Assembly (NCBI GenBank): GCA_918234285.1 | Contig: CAKJXZ020000015.1 | Span: forward strand, 1 to 25,998 | Direction of reading: 5' to 3' | Length of the DNA: 25,998 nt | DNA from: Pseudomonadota bacterium | Lineage (GTDB): Bacteria > Pseudomonadota > Alphaproteobacteria > RF32 > CAG-239 | In this document: positions 8,365-16,156 of the stretch, one piece after another | Position numbering within the stretch: position 1 is the first letter of the stretch | How the letters are laid out: every line of letters starts with the position of its first letter | Made by a program: the position numbers and the translations under genes | Notes under the pieces: model-generated | The model's database searches: none | The model's input: only the letters and a program-made list of their open reading frames with translations | Told to the model about the DNA's origin: nothing

Positions 8365-10297
8365 GGATCATCCACCTTTGTTGGTTGCATTTGAATAAAT
8401 CGTTGTTGTTTTTTGCGCTGTCTGGCCTCGTCAGGAGACGGAATTAAGGCTTCCAATTCTTGCCATCCGCGTTCACTCATTCGGTCAAGACCATAAATTG
8501 CGGCGGCGGCACGAGCATAAACGCGGCAGTCCAACGCTTCGTTGCGGCGTGTCGGATCTTTTTCCCACACCGGTTTCGGATAGCCGTTGGTTATGCGTAC
8601 CACCTGACGTTCCGCCGTCAGCTGTTTAAAATATTCCTCAGCGTACTGCGGAAAGTGACATCTGCCGAACTGCGAGGCATCTTCGCCAGTGCGTTGCATC
8701 CTCAGCCCCGGTACAGCTCGGTTTTAATCACCGGTCCCGAAACATTCCAAACTTTAAGACCTTTTTTCTTGGTATCGGCCTTGGAAGTGGAAAGTATCAT
8801 CGCCGTGTCGCGGCTTTGACCTTTTATCGCCACCACCGTATGCGGTTGGCTTGCTCTCGCACCCGAACCGCCCCAGACAGCTTGGCTGTAATCTTTCACA
8901 AAGCTGTAAACATCTTGCGTGGCGTAACCGCTATCAACGCACATCACGCGAATAGGTAACGTTATGCCGCTTTCGTGCGGATAATCCTTAAACAGGACGT
9001 TCTGAAGCTTTTTCCATACCTCCGGTTTAGCGGTGTCGCCGTCCAAAACAAAATATTCCACCGACCAGCTCTGTTTTTGCCGTCCCCAAGCGACAACCTC
9101 GCACTCAATACGGTCTTTTTGAATATCAACTCCGGCGGTTAAGAATAAGCCGCCGAACGGAATTGTGCCGACTTTGTAGTCCTCACGCTGTTCGTATAAG
9201 CGTTGCCATTCCGGCGCATCGCTTTCTTGCTCGTAGGTTTCACCGAGGATAGTATTTTGAAAACCTTGCATTAAAGTTTGGTTCTTTTTGGCTTTCTCGT
9301 AGATGTCCACGCATTCTTTCCACGAAAGCCATCCGACCGGAGAATAAAGCGAGGATAGATGAAAACCCGCCGTTATGCCGTCACTCTTAGCGGTTGGTTG
9401 CCAAAAGCCTTTTTCAAGCATCTGCGACTTATAATGCTCGGCTATTAACGCGTGGCAATGTTCGCACTCGTACATCACACCGGTATCGGTCGAGCGGATA
9501 TTATCCCACACGAGCCGTTGGTATTTATGGCAGTACGGACACGGCACAACATAGTAGCGTTGATCCGTCATGCCGAATTCGCGTTCGATGTTTGATAAGC
9601 CCTTAATCGTCGGCGTTGATACCAAAAATATCTTCTTGCGCTTGCTAAACGTCGCCGTTCTGCGCTCTGCCAGTAAAATCGGATCACCTTCGCCGTCAAT
9701 ATCCGGAGGATAGCCGTCAATCTCGTCCATAAACAAATACCGAGCAGGCATGGAACGTAAGCCCACCGCCGAATTTGCACCGGTCATCACTAAAACACCG
9801 CCCTGAAAGTCCTTTGACAGGATCGTGTTGCCTTTATCGCGTGCCTTCGGCGAACTGACTACCGAGCGCAATGCCGGACATTCCTCAATCAGTGGATCGA
9901 TACGCTGGCGCGAGTTACGTTTGGCCATATCCACCGTAGGCGATACCGCCATAATCGGACCAGGAGCTTTGTGCATGATGTAGCCGATCCAGTTATTGCC
10001 GCACTCGGTGCCGCCGATTTGCGCTCCCTTCATAAACACGACCTTCTGAACCGGACTTTTCGGCGAGAGGCAGTCCATTATCTCTTTCAAATAAGGCGTT
10101 CTGGCCGTGCGCCACCGCCCAGGCTCGGAAGCCGATTTACTCGACAACATCCGGTAGGCATCCGCCCATTCGGACACCGACATATAACTGTCCGGTTCGA
10201 TGCCCTTGAAAAACTGGTCGGCGATATAAATCTCGGCATCAAAGCTCTCTATCGATGATGTCGCGGCTTTCTGTGAGTAATTTTCTGATATATTCAT
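8355..10297 (-). pseudogene. terL: Terminase large subunit (gpA family), split by a 1-nt frameshift near 8707
   Basis: Walker A region KGAQIGGTE, Walker B LFMDEID, GFHLSSLYSP, nuclease VDIQ/DSG. The C-terminal piece with RNEALDC (8355-8699) is in another frame. CGG GGC TGA GG ATG becomes CGG TGG CTG AGG ATG (RWLRM) if one T is restored. Confidence 0.88.
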
Positions 10298-10772
10298 CTA
10301 AAACTGTCACCATTTTATGTTCGTCAACGTCCATCTCTGCCGCGATCAGCGAACCGTAGCGCGTGGGAAAGCTGATAAACAAATCACGCAAAGACCGGCC
10401 GAGGTTAAACGCGTACTGTCCGGCTTTTTTACGGTCGATGGTTTCGCCGGTTATCATTTTAAGTTTGGCCTTGGCAAGCATCGCCCGATAATAAACATCG
10501 GCGGTTTTTGCCTGCTGAAAGGTCGAAAAGTTCGGTTTTGCCGCACCACCGCCGGTACTGGCAAAGGTTTCCGGCGGATTTTCAAACAACGGATCGGTCT
10601 TGTGGCTTTTCGCAGGATCGGTATTCATAAACCATTCCTTGTTGGCCGCATCCACGTCGATTTTGCCATCGGCGGTCTTGTGTATCCGTCCGGTCTTAAC
10701 CGCCGTCTGTACCGCATTTAAGTGCACACCGCGTTGGCGGGCATATTCGCGCATTGATACCTGTTTTCCCAT
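10239..10772 (-). CDS. terS: Terminase small subunit
   Basis: N-terminal wHTH (SMREYARQRGVHLNAVQTAVKTGRI) plus coiled coil; overlaps the terL start. Confidence 0.8.
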   Translation of the reverse strand: MGKQVSMREYARQRGVHLNAVQTAVKTGRIHKTADGKIDVDAANKEWFMNTDPAKSHKTDPLFENPPETFASTGGGAAKPNFSTFQQAKTADVYYRAMLAKAKLKMITGETIDRKKAGQYAFNLGRSLRDLFISFPTRYGSLIAAEMDVDEHKMVTVLDEYIRKLLTESRDIIDREL

Positions 10773-10807
10773 TTATTGCAACTTTCTTCAAAATTATTGC
10801 AGAATTA

Positions 10808-10873
10808 ACTGGACTTCCTCCTTTTTCCAAGCATTCATTGACATAGCAGAGGCACGGTGGCCAAAGCATTAAC
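10808..10873 (+). promoter_or_regulatory. Array promoter/leader repeat, copy 1
   Basis: ACTGGACTT-N8-TTCCAAGCATTCATTG-ACATAGCAGAGGCACGGTGGCCAAAGCATTAAC upstream of the DUF3489-like gene. Confidence 0.75.
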
Positions 10874-10893
10874 CAACAAAAAGGAACATTAAA

Positions 10894-11247
10894 ATGACTA
10901 CTAAAAAGAAAAGCTCAAAGGCCAAGAGCAAAACAACGGCCAAGAAAACCATCACCACAAAAAAACTCGGAGAGATTTTAACCGAAACCCTTAACCAAGT
11001 TGCCGAGCCGGTAGAACAACCGAAGCCGGTTCCGCTGACAGGCTCCGATAAGCTGACCTTTATGGTGCACTTCCTCTGCAGACCGGAAGGCGCAACCCTT
11101 AAAGAGATGGCTGAAGCCCTCGGGTGGAAAGAGAATTCGGTGCGCGGTGCGATGTCACTTTACGCCAAAAACCATCCCGAATACACACACTCCTCCGAAA
11201 AGGTGGACGGTGTTAGATATTACCGCTTAACCCAAAACGGCGACTAA
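10894..11247 (+). CDS. DUF3489-like winged-HTH protein with Lys-rich N-tail
   Basis: LCRPEGATLKEMAEALGWKENSVRGAMS...RYYRL pattern; AAGGA RBS. Confidence 0.85.
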   Translation: MTTKKKSSKAKSKTTAKKTITTKKLGEILTETLNQVAEPVEQPKPVPLTGSDKLTFMVHFLCRPEGATLKEMAEALGWKENSVRGAMSLYAKNHPEYTHSSEKVDGVRYYRLTQNGD

Positions 11248-11263
11248 CACCACCGCCTGAATT

Positions 11264-11290
11264 AGCGTAGGCTTTAGGCTTACGCTTTTT
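11264..11290 (+). terminator. Intrinsic terminator after the DUF3489-like gene
   Basis: AGCGTAGGC/GCTTACGCT stem followed by a T-run. Confidence 0.65.
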
Positions 11291-11308
11291 CTCGTTGGTA
11301 AATCCAAT

Positions 11309-11333
11309 AAAAAAGGAGCCCGCTTAAGGCTCC
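11309..11333 (-). terminator. Intrinsic terminator after ORF 11357-11653
   Basis: GGAGCC/GGCTCC stem with a T6 tail on the minus strand. Confidence 0.65.
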
Positions 11334-11356
11334 CGTGCGTTATCATTTTGCGGAGG

Positions 11357-11653
11357 TTATTTATCCCACTGTGCGAACACCTCCATGACTGTTTTGCCGT
11401 CTTTTATAAAACTCGCTTGCCATTGCTCGAGTTTCTTTTCCCGTCGTAACTGCTTAAGGTTAAGTGTGTAACCGTCAATTTTGACGTTCATAAAACGGTA
11501 ATTATCAAATTTAAAGGTAGCGTTTTTGATAAAATGTACTGTCGCGGTGCTTATTGTGATATATTTTACAAGCCAGATTAAATTCTCTTTATCCTTGGCA
11601 TCCACGCCGTTTTCCTTGATATCAAAAATTTTTACTTGTTCGTAATTTCTCAT
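11357..11653 (-). CDS. Hypothetical protein (array cassette)
   Basis: 98 aa; AGGAG RBS; preceded by repeat copy 2. Confidence 0.75.
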   Translation of the reverse strand: MRNYEQVKIFDIKENGVDAKDKENLIWLVKYITISTATVHFIKNATFKFDNYRFMNVKIDGYTLNLKQLRREKKLEQWQASFIKDGKTVMEVFAQWDK

Positions 11654-11670
11654 TTTGTTTCTCCTGTTAG

Positions 11671-11736
11671 GTTAATGCATTGGCTACCGTGCCTCTGCTA
11701 ATGCAATGAATGCTTGGAATGCATTAAAAGTCCAGT
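11671..11736 (-). promoter_or_regulatory. Array promoter/leader repeat, copy 2
   Basis: Minus strand ACTGGACTTTTAATGCATTCCAAGCATTCATTGCATTAGCAGAGGCACGGTAGCCAATGCATTAAC. Confidence 0.75.
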
Positions 11737-11880
11737 AGAATAACGCATAAAAAATCATTTATTATCAAATACTTGGTATGTATAAATATATCATAAGCGT
11801 ACAATATACCGCACGATTTTATAAAACGCCGGAAAGCGCATTATTTCGGCCTTTGTGAGCCTGTTTCGCGGATACGGATA

Positions 11881-12022
11881 AACGGGGCAGTTACGCCCCG
11901 TTTACTTGCGCCGTTCGCGGAGAACCAGAAAAGGAACTCGGTAGCCAAGCACTCCTCGAACGGCTGAAAGTCCCGCCTGTTTGGGACTTTGTGGCTCGCT
12001 GGCGGGGCTTTGCGGCCCCGCC
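11881..12022. other. Dense cluster of four hairpins (possible structured ncRNA)
   Basis: Stems at 11881-11902, 11910-11964 (with inner hairpin), 11967-11990 and 12001-12022. Confidence 0.45.
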
Positions 12023-12032
12023 GTGGTTTAGG

Positions 12033-12530
12033 TTAATCCTCGCTCCAAACCGGCATTAAATCGCCGCTGTCGAGGTCTGGGTTATACCCCTCAAAGTCAT
12101 CTGTTAACGGCCTAACTCCACCGACCGCCTGAATTACTATTCCGTATTTGCGGCTTAGGTTTTCCAGCTCAGCGCAGAATTTTTCGTATTTTCCGGCCTG
12201 AGTGTCTTTCTGTAGAGTTTTTCTTTTTGGTTGCCCCACGTAGTAGTCGTAATCGCTGATTAGGCTCTCTTTTGTTTTCTTCTTTCTAAAGGCATCGATA
12301 AAAGTGCCGTTTTCGATTTCTTGGCAGAATTCGCCGATGATCTGCTTACCCCAGTGGCTGTCCAGTAATTCTTGCGTTTGATTGGAATCAAAGTCGCCGA
12401 TCTCGTGGACTAATATCGAGGTGGCACTCCAGAGTTTTTCGGCTGTTTCCTCACCGAATACGCCGTAGGCCGTTCCCCATAAGCCCCATCTTTCGTTCTG
12501 CGTGTTTTTTATAATAAACAATTTTTCCAT
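12033..12530 (-). CDS. Hypothetical phage protein (array cassette)
   Basis: 165 aa; TQNERWGLWGT...LLDSHWG pattern recalled from alphaproteobacterial prophage small genes; AAGGA RBS. Confidence 0.8.
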   Translation of the reverse strand: MEKLFIIKNTQNERWGLWGTAYGVFGEETAEKLWSATSILVHEIGDFDSNQTQELLDSHWGKQIIGEFCQEIENGTFIDAFRKKKTKESLISDYDYYVGQPKRKTLQKDTQAGKYEKFCAELENLSRKYGIVIQAVGGVRPLTDDFEGYNPDLDSGDLMPVWSED

Positions 12531-12550
12531 TTTAAGTTCCTTTTTTCTAA

Positions 12551-12681
12551 GTTATTGCTTTGGCTACCGTGCCTCCGCTTACAACTCAATGAATGCTTGG
12601 ATTTCTCAAGAAGTCCAGTCCTTTCTGCATTAAAATCGAAGAAATAGTACAGAAAGATTCAGGCGGGGCGTTAACCCCGCC
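12551..12681 (-). repeat. Array repeat copy 3 with upstream block and GGCGGGG hairpin
   Basis: Same core and leader; 12585-12681 is nearly identical to 13114-13212. Confidence 0.85.
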
Positions 12682-12691
12682 GGAGACTTGC

Positions 12692-13060
12692 TTAAAGTCC
12701 GCTAATGTCGTAGTTTAAGCCCTCTAAAACCCGCAGTTTTTCCTCGCGTGGCGGGTTGGCCTCGTACCAGCACCAACCATCGCTCTCGGATAAGTATCCC
12801 TTTGGTGGGAGCGGAACTATCCCCAAAAACTCCAGGACATTGACTATCTCGTCGACTTTGATGAGCTCGTGCTTTATCAGCTCGTCCACCACATCGCGCT
12901 TGCCGTGCGGTGTTTTTGCTTTTTTGGTCTTAAGTTTTTCAAGTTCTGCGTCGGCTTTTTCGATCTCGTCCATATAAGCCCAAGTGCCGTCTTCCTCACA
13001 GCGGGCGATGCGCTTGTCAAAATCCGGTGCTTGTTTTGTTTCGTGATACCATGTAATCAT
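12692..13060 (-). CDS. Hypothetical protein (array cassette)
   Basis: Probable start MITWYH at 13060 with AAGGA RBS; flanked by direct repeats. Confidence 0.75.
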   Translation of the reverse strand: MITWYHETKQAPDFDKRIARCEEDGTWAYMDEIEKADAELEKLKTKKAKTPHGKRDVVDELIKHELIKVDEIVNVLEFLGIVPLPPKGYLSESDGWCWYEANPPREEKLRVLEGLNYDISGL

Positions 13061-13082
13061 TTTTTTAATCCTTTTCTGTTTA

Positions 13083-13212
13083 GTTAATGCTAGGGCTACC
13101 ATGCCTTTGCTGTCTCAATGAATGCTTGGATTTCACAGGAAGTCCAGTCCTTTCTGCATTAAAATCGAAGAAATAGTGCAGAAAGATTTGGGCGGGGCGT
13201 TACCACCCCGCC
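13083..13212 (-). repeat. Array repeat copy 4 with upstream block and GGCGGGG hairpin
   Basis: Core CCAAGCATTCATTG, leader GCAAAGGCATGGTAGCCCTAGCATTAAC. Confidence 0.85.
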
Positions 13213-13225
13213 GCGGCTTAAATTA

Positions 13226-13480
13226 TTAACGTCTGCCTATGCAGAATGAGGCCTCAGCCAAGGCTTTAAGAGCACTGATTGATTCTTCTATCCCCATCAG
13301 CCCGCCTAAGGCGCAATGTACCCGTCCGAGGTCATTGTCGGCTTCCTTCCAATTTATGCCGTCTTTAGCCGAGGAAATCCTTGATTTTATATCCTTAAGC
13401 AAGGCTTCCATCGCTTGCACGTTACCGGTAATTATCGCTAACTTTGTTTTGGCGTCCATCTCGTTATTTTCTTTTACCAT
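13226..13480 (-). CDS. Hypothetical helical protein (array cassette)
   Basis: Probable start MVKENN at 13480 with AAGGA RBS. Confidence 0.7.
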   Translation of the reverse strand: MVKENNEMDAKTKLAIITGNVQAMEALLKDIKSRISSAKDGINWKEADNDLGRVHCALGGLMGIEESISALKALAEASFCIGRR

Positions 13481-13542
13481 TTTTTTATTCCTTATTCTAA
13501 GCATTCATTAAGTGGCGGGGCGTTGCCACCCCGCCGGTTTCG

Positions 13543-13749
13543 TTAATCCACGTCGAACCATTCTGTGCAGGTTGCCAGCAGGTGGTTATAATCGCCGCTG
13601 GTCGCTTCCTTTTGGAATTCGTCCCGTTCTTCCTTGCTTAATCCGGCGTGGCGCATCGCCATCAGGCATCTGCCGATTATTGCGAATGCGTTGCCGTCTT
13701 GGCCAACCAGTTGCACGTGGATTTCCGGATGTTTTACTTCGTTTGTCAT
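13543..13749 (-). CDS. Small conserved phage protein (array cassette)
   Basis: 68 aa; VQLVGQDGNAFAIIG...ATSGDYNHLL is a recognisable small phage family of unknown function. Confidence 0.8.
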   Translation of the reverse strand: MTNEVKHPEIHVQLVGQDGNAFAIIGRCLMAMRHAGLSKEERDEFQKEATSGDYNHLLATCTEWFDVD

Positions 13750-13773
13750 TTTTAATTTCCTTTTCTAATTTTA

Positions 13774-13838
13774 GTTAATGCGCAGGCTACCGTGCCCTTG
13801 CTGTCTCAATGAATGCTTGGAAAGAAGCGAAAGTCAAC
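13774..13838 (-). promoter_or_regulatory. Array promoter/leader repeat, copy 5
   Basis: GTTGACTTTCGCTTCTTTCCAAGCATTCATTGAGACAGCAAGGGCACGGTAGCCTGCGCATTAAC; TTGACT is -35-like. Confidence 0.75.
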
Positions 13839-14030
13839 TTAATAATGCACATTTTTTAATTATAAGTTATTGAAAATAAATAATAATTTGAAAACAGCCA
13901 AACACTTAAGCGATTATTCGCCCGACGTGCATTAAAACTTTCTTGTCGTACAATATACCGCCTGATTGATTATACTCCGAAAGAGCGCGTGTCCGGCGGT
14001 TTTCCGGACACGCTGTTGGAGAATGTCAAC

Positions 14031-14279
14031 TCATCTAATTGCTAAAATGTACCATTCCGAGCGGGAATAATTGTTGAAGTTCCATTGCAGGCTCAGTAAA
14101 AAATCGGCTTCGCTCAGGTGCTTCTGCATAAATTCCGGCAGAAATGCGTTCTTTTCGGTTTCGTGACGAATAAAGCCTTGGTAAGCCCGTTCAAACTCGG
14201 CTTTGAATTGTGCCTTAAATTCCTCATAGGAGAGCACCCGTAGTTCACGGGTGCGTTTGTTTTTAATGGTAATCCGCAT
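14031..14279 (-). CDS. Hypothetical protein (array)
   Basis: 82 aa, starts 2 nt after the stop of the upstream ORF; followed by a 10-bp hairpin at 13987-14013. Confidence 0.7.
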   Translation of the reverse strand: MRITIKNKRTRELRVLSYEEFKAQFKAEFERAYQGFIRHETEKNAFLPEFMQKHLSEADFLLSLQWNFNNYSRSEWYILAIR

Positions 14280-14281
14280 CG

Positions 14282-14614
14282 TTAGTCTCCCAACTTAATG
14301 CCGAGGTAGCGGCAGTAGCTTGATCCGGACGGATCGGTGTAGAGTGTCAGGTGGCCATCGCAGGTCAACTCGACCACTTTTCGGTACTCTTTATCGTCGA
14401 CTTTGTCGTAGCCGCCTTTGCCGGTTAAAAACTCGTAATCGTCGAGCGGTCTCTCGCAGACTTTTTTGTATTCCTCTCGGCTAAGGTTAATCGTCTCGCT
14501 GATTAAGACTTCTTCAACCCTAAAGGAGCAGTCTCTGACGATCGTCGTGCTTACCGATAAAACTTCTTCGATATTGCTTGGCTTTCTCACCATGTATGTT
14601 TTGACTGTTTTCAT
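14282..14614 (-). CDS. Hypothetical protein, DUF6329-like (array)
   Basis: 110 aa; LDDYEFL...DPSGSSYCRY resembles the DUF6329 C-terminal motif; AAGGA RBS. Confidence 0.65.
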   Translation of the reverse strand: MKTVKTYMVRKPSNIEEVLSVSTTIVRDCSFRVEEVLISETINLSREEYKKVCERPLDDYEFLTGKGGYDKVDDKEYRKVVELTCDGHLTLYTDPSGSSYCRYLGIKLGD

Positions 14615-14632
14615 TTTTAAGTTCCTTTATCT

Positions 14633-14681
14633 GTTAATGTTTACAAGTCAATGAATGCTTGGATTTCACTAATTATCCAGT
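14633..14681 (-). promoter_or_regulatory. Array repeat copy 6 (core only, no GGCACGGTAGCC block), overlapping the MTase stop codon
   Basis: ACTGGATAATTAGTGAAATCCAAGCATTCATTGACTTGTAAACATTAAC. Confidence 0.7.
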
Positions 14682-15950
14682 CAATTCGACATCATTTTCG
14701 GAACTTTCTGCATTATTTTCCGGTGTTTCCTCGGTGTTCGCCAATAGTTCCGCTTTTCTGCCGGTATATTCCTCCCAACGCTTAACAATAACGTCGCAAA
14801 ACTTCGGATCTAACTCAATTAGACGAGCGACTCGACCGGTTTTTTCGGCCGCAATTAAGGTCGAACCGGAGCCGCCGAACCCGTCTAACACAATATCGCC
14901 GAGTTTGGAGCTGTTATTTATGGCTCTTTCCACTAATTCGACCGGCTTCATGGTCGGGTGCAAGTCGTTCCGGACAGGTTTGTTGTATTCCCAAACGTCG
15001 GATTGGTCGCGATCACCGCACCAGTAGTGCTTTTTATCCGCGCCCCAACCGTACAGAATAGGCTCGTATTGCCGCTGATAATCCGCCCGACCGAGCGTGA
15101 ATGTGTTTTTCGCCCAGATGATAAACGTCGACCATTTGCCGCCGGCCGCCACAAACGAGGAATAAAGTGTGTGCAGTTCCGATGAGCTCATGCAGACGTA
15201 AGCGGCTCCGTTGTTGAACATCATTAAATTTGAGAGGCTATCGGTCAAAAATTGCCCGAAGTCATCGCCGAGGTTGTCGTTCATAATCGTGCGATTATGG
15301 TTCGGCGAGGAGTGATAGCGGAGCTTGTCTTTCATGGTCGCTCCATAGTTAACGTTATACGGCGGATCGGTAAAGACCATATCGGCCACGTCATTCCCCA
15401 TTAGTTTCTGCACGTCGTCATACATGGTGGTGTCGCCGCAGAGGAGCTTATGCTTGCCTAAAATCCAAATATCGCCGTGCTTTGTTATCGGCTCAACCGG
15501 TGCTTCCGGTACTTCGTCTTCATCGGTATTACCTTGCGTTTGCTCTTCGCCGAGGTGCTGTATCTCCGCCAACTCATCCGGATTAAATCCGAGCAAGTCC
15601 AAATCAAAATCGGCCTCCGAGAGCTCTGCCATTTCAAGGGCGAGCATTTCTTCGTCCCAACCGGCATTCAGCGCGATTTTATTGTCGGCGATGACTAAAG
15701 CCTTGCGCTGAGTTTCGGTTAAATCCGGCAGGCAGATAACCGGCACTTCGGTTAAGCCCAGCCGTTGGGCGGCAAGAAGTCGACCGTGACCGGCGATGAT
15801 GACATTGTCGCTACCGATTAAAATCGGGTTGGTAAATCCGAATTCTTTTATGCTCGCCATAATCTGAGCGATTTGCTCTTCGTTGTGCGTGCGTGAGTTT
15901 CGGGCATACGGAATTAAATCCGCAACCGGAAATGTGGCGTGAAATTCCAT
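14673..15950 (-). CDS. ParB-like N-domain fused to N6/N4 DNA methyltransferase (beta class)
   Basis: PYARNSRTH and IIAGHGR ParB motifs; DPPY catalytic motif before HPTMKP and DGFGGSGST SAM-binding motif. Confidence 0.93.
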   Translation of the reverse strand: MEFHATFPVADLIPYARNSRTHNEEQIAQIMASIKEFGFTNPILIGSDNVIIAGHGRLLAAQRLGLTEVPVICLPDLTETQRKALVIADNKIALNAGWDEEMLALEMAELSEADFDLDLLGFNPDELAEIQHLGEEQTQGNTDEDEVPEAPVEPITKHGDIWILGKHKLLCGDTTMYDDVQKLMGNDVADMVFTDPPYNVNYGATMKDKLRYHSSPNHNRTIMNDNLGDDFGQFLTDSLSNLMMFNNGAAYVCMSSSELHTLYSSFVAAGGKWSTFIIWAKNTFTLGRADYQRQYEPILYGWGADKKHYWCGDRDQSDVWEYNKPVRNDLHPTMKPVELVERAINNSSKLGDIVLDGFGGSGSTLIAAEKTGRVARLIELDPKFCDVIVKRWEEYTGRKAELLANTEETPENNAESSENDVELTG

Positions 15951-15975
15951 TGTAAAAATCCTCTAAAAAATGAAA

Positions 15976-16079
15976 GTGACCAGCCAAGTGACCAACCAAA
16001 AGTGACCAGTGACCAGCCGAGAAAAAACTAAATCTCTCAAAACCCTTATGTAGCAAGGGTTTTGAGAGATGGGTGACCA
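15976..16079. repeat. cosB-like region: five GTGACCA direct repeats plus a 16-bp inverted repeat
   Basis: GTGACCA at 15976, 15988, 16002, 16009, 16073; ATCTCTCAAAACCCTT/AAGGGTTTTGAGAGAT at 16032-16070. Confidence 0.7.
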
Positions 16080-16111
16080 GTAAACAAAAAGCCGTTTAAC
16101 TAGATTTTCGC

Positions 16112-16155
16112 CGCGGCTTGCGTCCCCGCATACAAAAAAAGTCGAGGAAGGACCC
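16112..16155 (-). other. Putative cos site (cosQ + cosN)
   Basis: Minus strand GGGTCCT (identical to lambda cosQ), then TGCG-GGGACGCAAGC-CGCG at lambda-like spacing (lambda cosN: TACG-GGGCGGCGACCT-CGCG). Confidence 0.7.
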
Positions 16156-16156
16156 G

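Noticed and set aside
8699-8704. TGA read-through or alternative genetic code in terL
   Set aside because: The downstream part is in a different frame (2-nt gap), and other genes end normally at TGA.
414-10721. Many plus-strand and alternate-frame ORFs overlapping structural genes
   Set aside because: Shadow ORFs of well-supported phage genes, with no motifs or RBS.
11841-12032. Open frame in phase after the stop of ORF 12033-12530 (…RDFQPFEECLATEFLFWF…)
   Set aside because: No start codon or RBS and it crosses several hairpins; a gene remnant cannot be excluded, but it is not supportable as a CDS.
12585-13212. Template/variable repeat pair of a diversity-generating retroelement
   Set aside because: Repeats are intergenic, mismatches are not confined to adenines of one copy, and no reverse transcriptase is present.
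10808-14681. Array repeats as a CRISPR array or integron attC sites
   Set aside because: Spacers are whole genes of variable length, repeats are degenerate and promoter-like, there is no cas or integron integrase gene, and no RYYYAAC/GTTRRRY attC pairing is evident.
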